64,000 bases of DNA, taken from assembly GCA_035502475.1 (NCBI GenBank), contig DATJUJ010000034.1, forward strand, positions 532 to 64,531, given 5' to 3'. Under the pieces are notes generated by a model. That model was not told the origin of the DNA. It saw nothing but the letters and a program-made list of their open reading frames with translations, and ran no database searches. Made by a program: the position numbers and the translations under genes. The stretch comes from Thermoplasmata archaeon. Lineage in GTDB: Archaea; Thermoplasmatota; Thermoplasmata; Lutacidiplasmatales; UBA184. Below are positions 35,260-42,681 of this stretch, one piece after another (positions within the stretch are counted from its first letter, which is position 1; each line of letters begins with the position of its first letter).

Positions 35260-37125
35260 GTGGCGCGGTCGGTCGAGCGGCTGGAAGGGCTCGCCCTCGT
35301 GGGGCACGCCGCGATCGGTCCGCTCGCGATCGCGACGCCCGGGCTCCTCGAGAGCCGCCCGGCCGGCGGCTCCGCGCCGGGCCTCGCGCTCTCCGAACGC
35401 GCGGGGCCGCTCGGGACCCGACGGCTCGTGCTCTCGGACGGGCCCGCGGCGCTCGAGCTCGAGATGCCGGTCCTCGCCCCGGAGATCACGGGGACGGCGG
35501 GCGTCTATCTGCCGGTCGGGCCCGGGGCGTGCCTCGTGCGGCCGCCGATACCCCCCGAGGGGGTCGCCGCGGCCCGCGACTCCGGGCCCGAGCTCCTGGT
35601 GCTCGGCAACGCCCGCGCGCTCTGGGCCGACGGGGAGCCGTTCGTGCGCGCGATCGCGGACGTCCGCGAGCGGCTCGGGGGCCGACCGGTCCTCTGGGCG
35701 CCCCGGGTCGGGCTTCCGCACCGCCTTCCGCTGCTCGCCTACCTCGGGGTCGACCTCGCGGACACCACCGAGGGCCTCCTCGCGGCCGCCGACGGGACCT
35801 ACCTCGACGCGACCCTGGGGTCGTTGCCCGGCGCGATCGCCCGGTCGGAGCGGGCGTGCGCCTGCCCCGCGTGCGCGGGGGAGGGTTCGCTGGAGGACCA
35901 CGCGCTCGGGGCGTACCGGGCCGCGATGGCCGAGACCCGGGCCGCCGCCCGCGCGGGCCGCCTGCGCGAGCTCGTGGAGGCCCGGCTCACGGCCGAGCCC
36001 GTGCTCGCGGAGATGCTCCGCTACGCCGACCGGATCCTCGGGCCCCTCCTCGAGGAGCGGACCCCGGTCACGGGCGAAGGATCCCGGACGTACGTGCTCG
36101 CCGAGTCGTTCCGACGCCCGGAGATGGCCCGGTTCCGCGCGCGGCTGAGGGAGCGGTATCGACCGCCCCCCTCGAAGTCCGTCCTGCTGCTGGTCCCGTG
36201 CTCGAAGACCAAGCCGTACCGCCACTCGCGTTCCCACCGACGCTTCGCCTCCGCCCTCGAGGGGCTGCCCCGTCTCGAGCGCGTCCACGTCGTCTCGGTG
36301 AGCTCGCCGGTCGGCCTCGTGCCCCGCGAGCTCGAGGACGTGCCGCCGGCGCGCCACTACGACATCCCCGTCACGGGCGACTGGTCGGAGGCCGAGCGCT
36401 CGGCGGTCGGCGCCGGGCTCGAGCACCTGCTCGCGACCGGCGCCTACACGTCGGTCGTGCTGCACCTCGACCCGGACGAGTACGCCTTCCTGCGCGAAGT
36501 CGTCCCGGAGCGGTACGCGGCGCGCTGGACGATCCCCGACGGCCGGACCACGGCCCCGGCGGCGCTCGCCGCGCTGCGCGCCCACGTGGCGGAGGCCCTC
36601 GCGGACGGGCCGGGCGTCCCGGGGGGCCCGCTCGCCGTCGTCCGGGAGGAGCTGCGGGCGGTCGCGGCGTTCCAGTTCGGGGAGGCGGCGGCCGACCGGC
36701 TGTGCGCCGCCCCCTTCCGGCTCGCCGGGCGCCCCTGGTTCCAACGGCTCACCGACGGGGGTCGCGATCTCGCCACGCTGCGGGAGGAACGCGGCCTCTT
36801 CCACCTCACCGTCGCGGGCGCCCAACGGCTCGTCCCCGACCCCCCGCTCGCGGTCTCGGTGGACCCCCGGCTCCCCCTCACCGGGGACCTCTTCTGCCCG
36901 GGCGTCCGCGGCGCCGACCCCGGGATCCGGGCCGGGGACTCGGTCGTGCTGCTCCGGGACGGGACGCTCGCCGGCGTCGGGGAGGCGGCCCTGCCGGGAC
37001 GCCTCATGACCGAGCTCGCGCACGGGCTCGCGGTGCGCGTACGGCACCGGGCGGGGGCGCCCACCGACACGGCCTTGGGGGAGGAGTCTCCTCGGGCCGG
37101 CGAGGGGCCGGTCGTCCAGCGGTGA
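35260..37125 (+). CDS. arcS: archaeosine synthase ArcS (TgtA2-like) with C-terminal PUA domain
   Basis: 621 aa. TGT-like N-terminal region with CACPAC zinc motif, a central LLLVPCSKTKPY segment (DUF5591-type) and a C-terminal PUA-like LFCPGVRGADPGIRAGDSVVLL. The stop lies inside tRNA-Val. Confidence 0.8.
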   Translation: MARSVERLEGLALVGHAAIGPLAIATPGLLESRPAGGSAPGLALSERAGPLGTRRLVLSDGPAALELEMPVLAPEITGTAGVYLPVGPGACLVRPPIPPEGVAAARDSGPELLVLGNARALWADGEPFVRAIADVRERLGGRPVLWAPRVGLPHRLPLLAYLGVDLADTTEGLLAAADGTYLDATLGSLPGAIARSERACACPACAGEGSLEDHALGAYRAAMAETRAAARAGRLRELVEARLTAEPVLAEMLRYADRILGPLLEERTPVTGEGSRTYVLAESFRRPEMARFRARLRERYRPPPSKSVLLLVPCSKTKPYRHSRSHRRFASALEGLPRLERVHVVSVSSPVGLVPRELEDVPPARHYDIPVTGDWSEAERSAVGAGLEHLLATGAYTSVVLHLDPDEYAFLREVVPERYAARWTIPDGRTTAPAALAALRAHVAEALADGPGVPGGPLAVVREELRAVAAFQFGEAAADRLCAAPFRLAGRPWFQRLTDGGRDLATLREERGLFHLTVAGAQRLVPDPPLAVSVDPRLPLTGDLFCPGVRGADPGIRAGDSVVLLRDGTLAGVGEAALPGRLMTELAHGLAVRVRHRAGAPTDTALGEESPRAGEGPVVQR

Positions 37126-37177
37126 GGACACCGCGCTTACAACGCGGAGATCGACGGTTCGAATCCGTCCCGGCCCA
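37105..37177 (+). tRNA. tRNA-Val (anticodon TAC)
   Basis: Folded by hand. Acceptor stem GGGCCGG/CCGGCCC. D arm GTCC-AGCGGTGA-GGAC. Anticodon stem CCGCG/CGCGG with loop CTTACAA. T arm GACGG-TTCGAAT-CCGTC. Discriminator A. No CCA encoded. Confidence 0.9.
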
Positions 37178-37218
37178 CGCCCGCCCGGGCCGCCGGGCCG
37201 GCCGCGGGTTCGAGGGCG

Positions 37219-37881
37219 CTAGCCGCCGACCACGAACGAGTCGAGGAAGCCCCACCACGCGTCGATCGAGCGGCGGCAGTGCCGCTCCATCGTCGCGGCC
37301 TCGGATGGGGTCGCGCGGAGGACCGCACGCATCACGGCCCGCTCCGCGGCGGAGTGCTCGACGTCCGCGGCCGTGTGGACCCGGAAGAACTCGTGCGCCT
37401 TCGGATCCGAGAGGCCGTACTGCTCGCGGAGGCCGCGCGATTTCTCGGCGGCGACCTCGGGGAAGATCGACTCGTAGGCGTAGAGGGCGCCCAGGCCCGC
37501 GGCCGCGGATCGGCCGAACGTCGCGTCCGCGTAGGTGCGGAGCAGCCGCCGGGTCGCGGGGGTCGGTCGGGCCTCCTCGACCGCGCGGCGCGAGACCCCC
37601 AGGGCGGCCGCGAAGTCGAGCCAGAGCGCGGGATGGGTCGGGTCACGCCCCTCCTCGTCGACCAGGTTCTCGAGCAACGTGCGGCGCAGCCGCGCGACCG
37701 GCAGGCGGGCGTACGTCGCGGCGACGTACCGGGGGAAGTTCGACTCGAACTGGTAGTACTGCTGGGCGTAGCGACCGAGGGTCGGGAGCGACACCTCGCC
37801 GCGCGACCACGCGGTGTAGAATGGGTGCTTCAGGAGGTGGCGTGCGCGGATCATCCGGTCGAGGCCGCCGACGGTCGTCAC
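37219..37881 (-). CDS. heme-oxygenase-like di-iron protein of the TenA/PqqC/CADD family
   Basis: HPFYTAWSRGEVSLPTLGRYAQQYYQFESNFPRYV, ENLVDEEG and YAYESIFPEV patterns typical of CADD/PqqC-like proteins. GTG start at 37881 with a TATA-like island at 37907..37916. Confidence 0.75.
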   Translation of the reverse strand: MTTVGGLDRMIRARHLLKHPFYTAWSRGEVSLPTLGRYAQQYYQFESNFPRYVAATYARLPVARLRRTLLENLVDEEGRDPTHPALWLDFAAALGVSRRAVEEARPTPATRRLLRTYADATFGRSAAAGLGALYAYESIFPEVAAEKSRGLREQYGLSDPKAHEFFRVHTAADVEHSAAERAVMRAVLRATPSEAATMERHCRRSIDAWWGFLDSFVVGG

Positions 37882-37980
37882 GGGAACGCCGGAACCGGAA
37901 CGGAGGGGTATAGGTTTCGGTGCCCCACCCGGCGGGGCGGGGGGTGCCGCACGCCGGGCGCGCGGCTACGACCCTACCCC

Positions 37981-38026
37981 ATAGCTATAGTTTCTAATAT
38001 AGTCTCAATTGAAATTCTATATATGT
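37981..38026 (+). promoter_or_regulatory. 46-nt AT-rich island with nested palindromes; likely strong promoter/operator of the PhoU-like gene
   Basis: The sequence is ATAGCTATAGTTTCTAATATAGTCTCAATTGAAATTCTATATATGT. It contains the palindromes ATAGCTAT, CTATAG and CAATTG, and two TATA-like boxes (TCTAATATAG, TTCTATATAT). It is the most AT-rich stretch I saw in the window. Confidence 0.55.
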
Positions 38027-38048
38027 GCTGCCACCGATGAGCCGACCG

Positions 38049-39017
38049 ATGACGACGCGACCCGACCGTTCCGCCCCCCGCCCGAGCGCGGGAGCCTCCC
38101 CGGGCCGCGGCCGGCGGGGCGCCTCCTCCCGGTCGGCCACCCCCGTCCTGGTCGCCACGATCGTGGTCGGGCGGGGCGAGCCCCCCGAGCATCTCTTTCG
38201 CCGACTCCTCGGCGTCTACCTCGGGGGCGCCCGGGAGTTCGTCGTGCGCGAGCGGCCCACCGTCCGTTCCGACACCCGCGAGGTGATCCGGTCGTTCTGC
38301 CGCCGGACCCGCCAGCCCGAGATCGTGTCGGAGGAGGGCGGGGTGGTCCGGCTGCGCGACATCGCGTTCGAGAACCGGGTGCCGCTGCCCCAGCGGATCG
38401 CGCGCATGGGTCGGCTCGTCGTCGACTTCCATCGCGAGGCGGTCGACAGCTGGGCCCGACTGCCGTTCGGCGAGGACTCGTTCTGGGAGCGGCGGGACGA
38501 CGAGATCGACCGGGAGGCCTGGTACATCCAGCGCCTCGCGGCGCTCGGGCCGGACGGCGACGGCGTCGCCCTCCTGGGCCCGTTCTCGATCGCCCGCAGC
38601 CTCGAGCGGATCGCCGACCATGCGGTCGCGCTGGGGGAGACCGGCCGCCGGCTCGTCGACCTCCCGCAGTCCGCGGGTCCGCTCACCTCCTTGAAGCAGT
38701 TCCACCGCCAGGCGATGGAGCACCTCGAGGGCGTGCTCGCGACGCCCGACGGGAACGTCGCCAACGAACTCCTCGACATGGGCGAGGCGCTCCTCGCGTC
38801 GGGCCGGGCGCTCGCGGACCGGCTCCTGCCGGCGGTCGAGGGCGGCACGATGCCCCCCGCGACGGCGGCGGCGATCGGTCGGATCCTCGAGTCGATCGGC
38901 CGGACCATCGCCTACGCCCAGGACATCGCGCAGGTCGTGCTCGACCGGTCGCTGCCGCTCGCGGCCCCCGAGCCCCGGGGGGCCGCCCGCTCCGTGGCCG
39001 CCCCGTTGGCGGCCTAG
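38049..39017 (+). CDS. PhoU-domain protein (phosphate-signalling regulator-like)
   Basis: Two PhoU-type helical repeats: IARSLERIADHAVALGE and ILESIGRTIAYAQDIAQ. The N-terminal about 45 aa are Arg/Ser/Pro-rich. ATG 38049 is chosen as about 25 nt downstream of the TATA; 38025 (GTG) and 38037 (ATG) are alternatives. Confidence 0.7.
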   Translation: MTTRPDRSAPRPSAGASPGRGRRGASSRSATPVLVATIVVGRGEPPEHLFRRLLGVYLGGAREFVVRERPTVRSDTREVIRSFCRRTRQPEIVSEEGGVVRLRDIAFENRVPLPQRIARMGRLVVDFHREAVDSWARLPFGEDSFWERRDDEIDREAWYIQRLAALGPDGDGVALLGPFSIARSLERIADHAVALGETGRRLVDLPQSAGPLTSLKQFHRQAMEHLEGVLATPDGNVANELLDMGEALLASGRALADRLLPAVEGGTMPPATAAAIGRILESIGRTIAYAQDIAQVVLDRSLPLAAPEPRGAARSVAAPLAA

Positions 39018-39080
39018 GGGCAGGGGACCGCGAGCCGTTTTCTCCTCGCTCCGCTCGACGCGGGCGCCGGGGGTCATGAG

Positions 39081-39608
39081 GTGCCGGAGAGCGGGGTGCG
39101 GCTGCGCGTGGTCCTCTTCCGCCACGGCCCCGCGGAGCTCCGGGACCCCGCGCGCTGGCCGCGGGACGAGCAGCGTCCGCTCTCCGCGAAGGGAATCGTC
39201 CAGACCCGCCGTGCGGCCCGCGGCCTCGTGCGCGCCGCGGGTCCGGTCGACCTGGTCGCGACGAGCGCCGCGGTCCGGGCCCGGATGACGACCGAGGCGC
39301 TCGCCGGCGCGCTGGGGACGCGCGTCGCGACCGAGGTCTGGGAGGAGCTCGCGGTGGGACGCCTCGCGGGGGCGATCCTCGAGCGGCTGCACGCCCTCCC
39401 GCGCGCCCGGCGGAGCGTCGTGCTCGTGGGGCACGAGCCGGCCCTCGCCGAGCTGGCGGGGCTCGCGCTCGTCGGCGACGGCGTACCGATCGTGAAGCTG
39501 GCGAAGGCGGGGGCGGTGCTGGTCGAGTTCCCGAGCGCGGTCGCCCCCGGGGCGGCGCGGCTCCGCTGGGCGCTCACGCGGAAGCAGCTGGTCGCCCTGC
39601 GGTCCTAG
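39081..39608 (+). CDS. sixA: phosphohistidine phosphatase SixA (histidine phosphatase superfamily)
   Basis: VVLFRHGPAE (RHG motif), LSAKG and VLVGHEP motifs; about 170 aa. GTG 39096 is an alternative start. The 3' end overlaps the convergent kinase-like gene by 35 nt. Confidence 0.75.
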   Translation: MPESGVRLRVVLFRHGPAELRDPARWPRDEQRPLSAKGIVQTRRAARGLVRAAGPVDLVATSAAVRARMTTEALAGALGTRVATEVWEELAVGRLAGAILERLHALPRARRSVVLVGHEPALAELAGLALVGDGVPIVKLAKAGAVLVEFPSAVAPGAARLRWALTRKQLVALRS

Positions 39609-40335
39609 GGCGCCCCGCCGGGGGCCGGGCCCCGGGGCGGGGGACCGGCTTCGCCCCGTAGAGCGGGGCCACCAGCGCGACCACGTCCTGGTGCACCTGG
39701 TCGGGAGCGCGGTTCGCGTCGACCCAGTGGAAGACGTACTCCGGGCGCATCCAATCGAACTCCTTCGAGAGCCGGTCCTGGTAGAGGAAGAAGCTCTCGA
39801 ACAAATCGCGCGAGAGCGAGAGGTCCATGCCGGATTCCCAGTAGTCGAGGCTGCCGTACTTCCCGATCGCCCGGTGCAGCAGGATCACGGGCCGGGCGTC
39901 GAGGAAGAGGACGAGGTCCGGGCGCAGCGCGAATCCGTAGAGCTCCCGGGCCCACGCCCGCGAGGCGCCGCGGACGATCGCCCGGGCCATCAGCGTGTAG
40001 ATGTACCGGTCGGCGAGCACCGTGGAGCCGGCGGCGAGCGCCGGCACGATCTTGTTCTCGAGCTGGTCTGCGAAGTCGACCGCGTAGAGGAGCGCCATCG
40101 TCGTGGCGCCGAGCGTGTGGCCCTGCTTCGCGCGGTCGATCTCGCCGCTGACGAGGTCGGAGCGGCGGAGGCCCGTGTCGACGACCGCGTGGCCCTCGAT
40201 CTCGAGCCACTCCTTCAGCATCGCGACCTCGGTCGAGCGACCGGAGCCGTCCGCCCCCTCCACGACGATGAGCCGTCCCGGGAGCGCCTCGGCGGAGAGG
40301 CCCGGAAGGCGCGTTCCGTAGTTCCTAGCCGTCAT
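39574..40335 (-). CDS. thymidylate-kinase-like P-loop protein B (Walker A Lys replaced by Arg)
   Basis: 253 aa. LIVVEGADGSGRST P-loop variant, LADRYIYT (DRY motif), and LDYWESGMDLSLSRDLFESF shared with paralog A. Pro/Arg-rich tail. The ATG overlaps the stop of paralog A by 11 nt. Confidence 0.8.
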   Translation of the reverse strand: MTARNYGTRLPGLSAEALPGRLIVVEGADGSGRSTEVAMLKEWLEIEGHAVVDTGLRRSDLVSGEIDRAKQGHTLGATTMALLYAVDFADQLENKIVPALAAGSTVLADRYIYTLMARAIVRGASRAWARELYGFALRPDLVLFLDARPVILLHRAIGKYGSLDYWESGMDLSLSRDLFESFFLYQDRLSKEFDWMRPEYVFHWVDANRAPDQVHQDVVALVAPLYGAKPVPRPGARPPAGRPRTAGRPAASA

Positions 40336-41026
40336 GCATGAGCCGCTCCCCCGTCGGGAATCCCGCGAGGAGGGGGCGCACCTCCGTCCGCAGGGCGCGC
40401 TGGATCGCTTCCACGTTCCGGGTCGCGTCGATCACGGTGAAGCCGTCCGTCCGCGCGAGCCGGTCGTACTCGTGCTTGAGGCGGGTCTGGAACCGCTCGT
40501 AGCTCTCCTGGAGGTCGTCGGAGAGCCCCAGGTCCATGCCGGCCTCGTAGTAGTTGATCTTGAGCCGCGAGGCGATCTTCCGCTTGAGGGAGACCGAGAC
40601 GGGCACCCGGAAGTAGAACACCCGGTCCGGCCGCGGGGCGAACGAGTAGATGTTCCGCACCCAGGCGGGTTCGCATCCGCGCGCGGCGTCCCGCACGAAC
40701 GCGGTGAACGCGTAGCGGTCGCAGACGACGACGTAGCCGGCGCGCAGCGGGGGGAGGATCTTCCGCTCGAAGCGATCGGCGAAGTCGGTGGCGTGGAGGA
40801 GGCTGAACGTGGTCGGGGTGAGCAGGTTCTTCTTCTTGCCGCGCCGGATCGTCTCGGCGGTCAGCTCCGACGAGTTCCACTCGGTGAAGAACACCCGGTA
40901 CCCCTGCGACTGGAGCCACTTGCCGATCAGGGCGGCCTGGGTCGACTTGCCGCTCCCGTCGAGCCCCTCGAAGACGAGGAGGCGGCCGGGGTAGCCGTGG
41001 CTCGGCAGCGGGCGCTCAGGGCTCAC
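40325..41026 (-). CDS. thymidylate-kinase-like P-loop protein A (canonical Walker A)
   Basis: 233 aa. LLVFEGLDGSGKST, VCDRYAFT and INYYEAGMDLGLSDDLQESY motifs. The dTMP-binding TREPGG-type motif is replaced by TEWNSS. The GTG start overlaps the ppx stop by 11 nt. Confidence 0.8.
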   Translation of the reverse strand: MSPERPLPSHGYPGRLLVFEGLDGSGKSTQAALIGKWLQSQGYRVFFTEWNSSELTAETIRRGKKKNLLTPTTFSLLHATDFADRFERKILPPLRAGYVVVCDRYAFTAFVRDAARGCEPAWVRNIYSFAPRPDRVFYFRVPVSVSLKRKIASRLKINYYEAGMDLGLSDDLQESYERFQTRLKHEYDRLARTDGFTVIDATRNVEAIQRALRTEVRPLLAGFPTGERLMHDG

Positions 41027-42572
41027 GGACCTTGAGCTCCAGGTCGAGGGCGCGTTCCATCGGCTTGCGGATCTTCTCCGGCCATCGGGGGGACAGGGCC
41101 GTATCCGCGAGCGCAGAAAAGGCCACGGTCAGGCCCCGCCCTCCGCCCCCCAGGGTGAAGCGCGGGTTCGCCGCGGCCGTGAGCTCCGCGAGCTCGAGCA
41201 GGACGCCGAGCCGCCGCGCCGCGTCCAGTTCGGCCGCCCCGATGATCGGCTGATAGCCGCGCTTCCAGTCGGACGGGAGATCGTCGCCCTCGTGCAGGTA
41301 GGCGATCATCGACGCGAGCAGGACCTCGCGCTGGTCGAGGCCCCAGATCGGATAGTTCCGGATGAGGTAGGCGGAATGGACCGCGTGCTGCCAGAGGTCG
41401 ATCGCGGTCCCCGCGTCGTGCATCCGGGCCGCGACCCCGAGGGCGAGCCGCTCGCTCGGCCCCCACTCGAAGCGACCGGCGAGGAGGTCGAACAGCGCGA
41501 GCGCCGTCTCGGCGACCTCGAGGCCGTGGTCGGCCCGGAACGAGAACGACTCGGCCGCCGCCGCGGTCGACCGCTCCGCGAGCTCGGCGCTGGACGCCGG
41601 CAGCTTCGCGCCGATCGCCTCGAGCGCGATCCCCTCGCGGATGCCGGTGCCGGAGACGACGATCCGCTCCGCCGAGGTGGCCCGGAGGAGCTCCTCCAGC
41701 ACGACGATCCCCGCGAGCACCACGTCCGCGCGGTCCCCGCCGATCCCGGGGATCGCGCGGCGCTTCTCGGCCGACATCTCGCCGAGCAGCTCGGCGAGCG
41801 CCTCGATCTCGCTCGCGTAGAGCGGATAGCCGTGGACGCGGCCGATCGGGTACTGGCGCATCTCGATCGCGGCCCGGGCCAGCGAGCGCACGGTGCCGCC
41901 GATCCCGTGGAGCCGGTACGCGGTGCGCCCGAACGCCTCGAGGACCGAGGCGAGCGTCTCCCGCACGTGGTCCCGGAGCGCCTCCAGTTCCCGGTGCTTC
42001 GGCGGGTCATGCTCCAGGAACCGCTGGGTCAGCCGGAGGACCCCCAGCGGGAGGCTCACGGAGTTGCGTTCGCGGCCCGCACGGACGTCGATCATCTGCA
42101 TCGACCCGCCGCCGAGATCGAAGACGAGGTCGTTCTCGAGCGCCCAGGCCCCGGCGACGCCGAGGTACCCGTAGTGCGCCTCCTCCCCTCCCGAGAGCAC
42201 GCGCAAGAGGACGCCCGTCTGGCGCTCGACGCGGCGCACGTAGTCGGGCCCGTTCGGCGCGTCGCGGACCGCGCTGGTCGCGACCGCGAGCGTGCGCGGG
42301 AGGCCGAGGTCGCGCACGATCCGGGCGAACCGGCGGACGGTCTGGACGCCGCGGTCGATCGCGTCGTCCGCGAGCCGCCCGTCGTCGCCGGTGCCGCTGC
42401 CGAGCCGGGGGACATCCTTCGCCTCGAAGAACGCCCGCACCGTGCCGGCCCGGGTCGTCTCGAACGCGACGAACCGCGCGGTGTTGGACCCCATGTCGAT
42501 GACGCCGAGCGTGGCGGCCGGCCGCGCGCGGGAGCGTTCGCGGTCGGTCTCGGCGAGCCGGCTGCGGTCCAC
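41016..42572 (-). CDS. ppx: exopolyphosphatase / guanosine pentaphosphate phosphohydrolase (Ppx/GppA) with C-terminal HD-like domain
   Basis: LGVIDMGSNTARFVAFE and DLGGGSMQ motifs (ASKHA fold). The C-terminal region has HDAG, consistent with an HD-type domain. GTG start at 42572. Confidence 0.9.
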   Translation of the reverse strand: MDRSRLAETDRERSRARPAATLGVIDMGSNTARFVAFETTRAGTVRAFFEAKDVPRLGSGTGDDGRLADDAIDRGVQTVRRFARIVRDLGLPRTLAVATSAVRDAPNGPDYVRRVERQTGVLLRVLSGGEEAHYGYLGVAGAWALENDLVFDLGGGSMQMIDVRAGRERNSVSLPLGVLRLTQRFLEHDPPKHRELEALRDHVRETLASVLEAFGRTAYRLHGIGGTVRSLARAAIEMRQYPIGRVHGYPLYASEIEALAELLGEMSAEKRRAIPGIGGDRADVVLAGIVVLEELLRATSAERIVVSGTGIREGIALEAIGAKLPASSAELAERSTAAAAESFSFRADHGLEVAETALALFDLLAGRFEWGPSERLALGVAARMHDAGTAIDLWQHAVHSAYLIRNYPIWGLDQREVLLASMIAYLHEGDDLPSDWKRGYQPIIGAAELDAARRLGVLLELAELTAAANPRFTLGGGGRGLTVAFSALADTALSPRWPEKIRKPMERALDLELKVREP

Positions 42573-42592
42573 GCGGGGTCAGTCCGTTCGCC

Positions 42593-42602
42593 CTCTAATA
42601 GG
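42593..42602. promoter_or_regulatory. putative bidirectional TATA element (CTCTAATAGG) between ppx and the CHAD gene
   Basis: Only AT island in the 109-nt divergent spacer. Centred 25 nt upstream of ppx GTG 42572. Confidence 0.45.
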
Positions 42603-42681
42603 GCTGGGGTCGCCGAGCCGAACGGCTTACTACGACGGGCCGCTTGGGGTCCCCGTGCCCCCCGACCGGGACGTCCGACCG

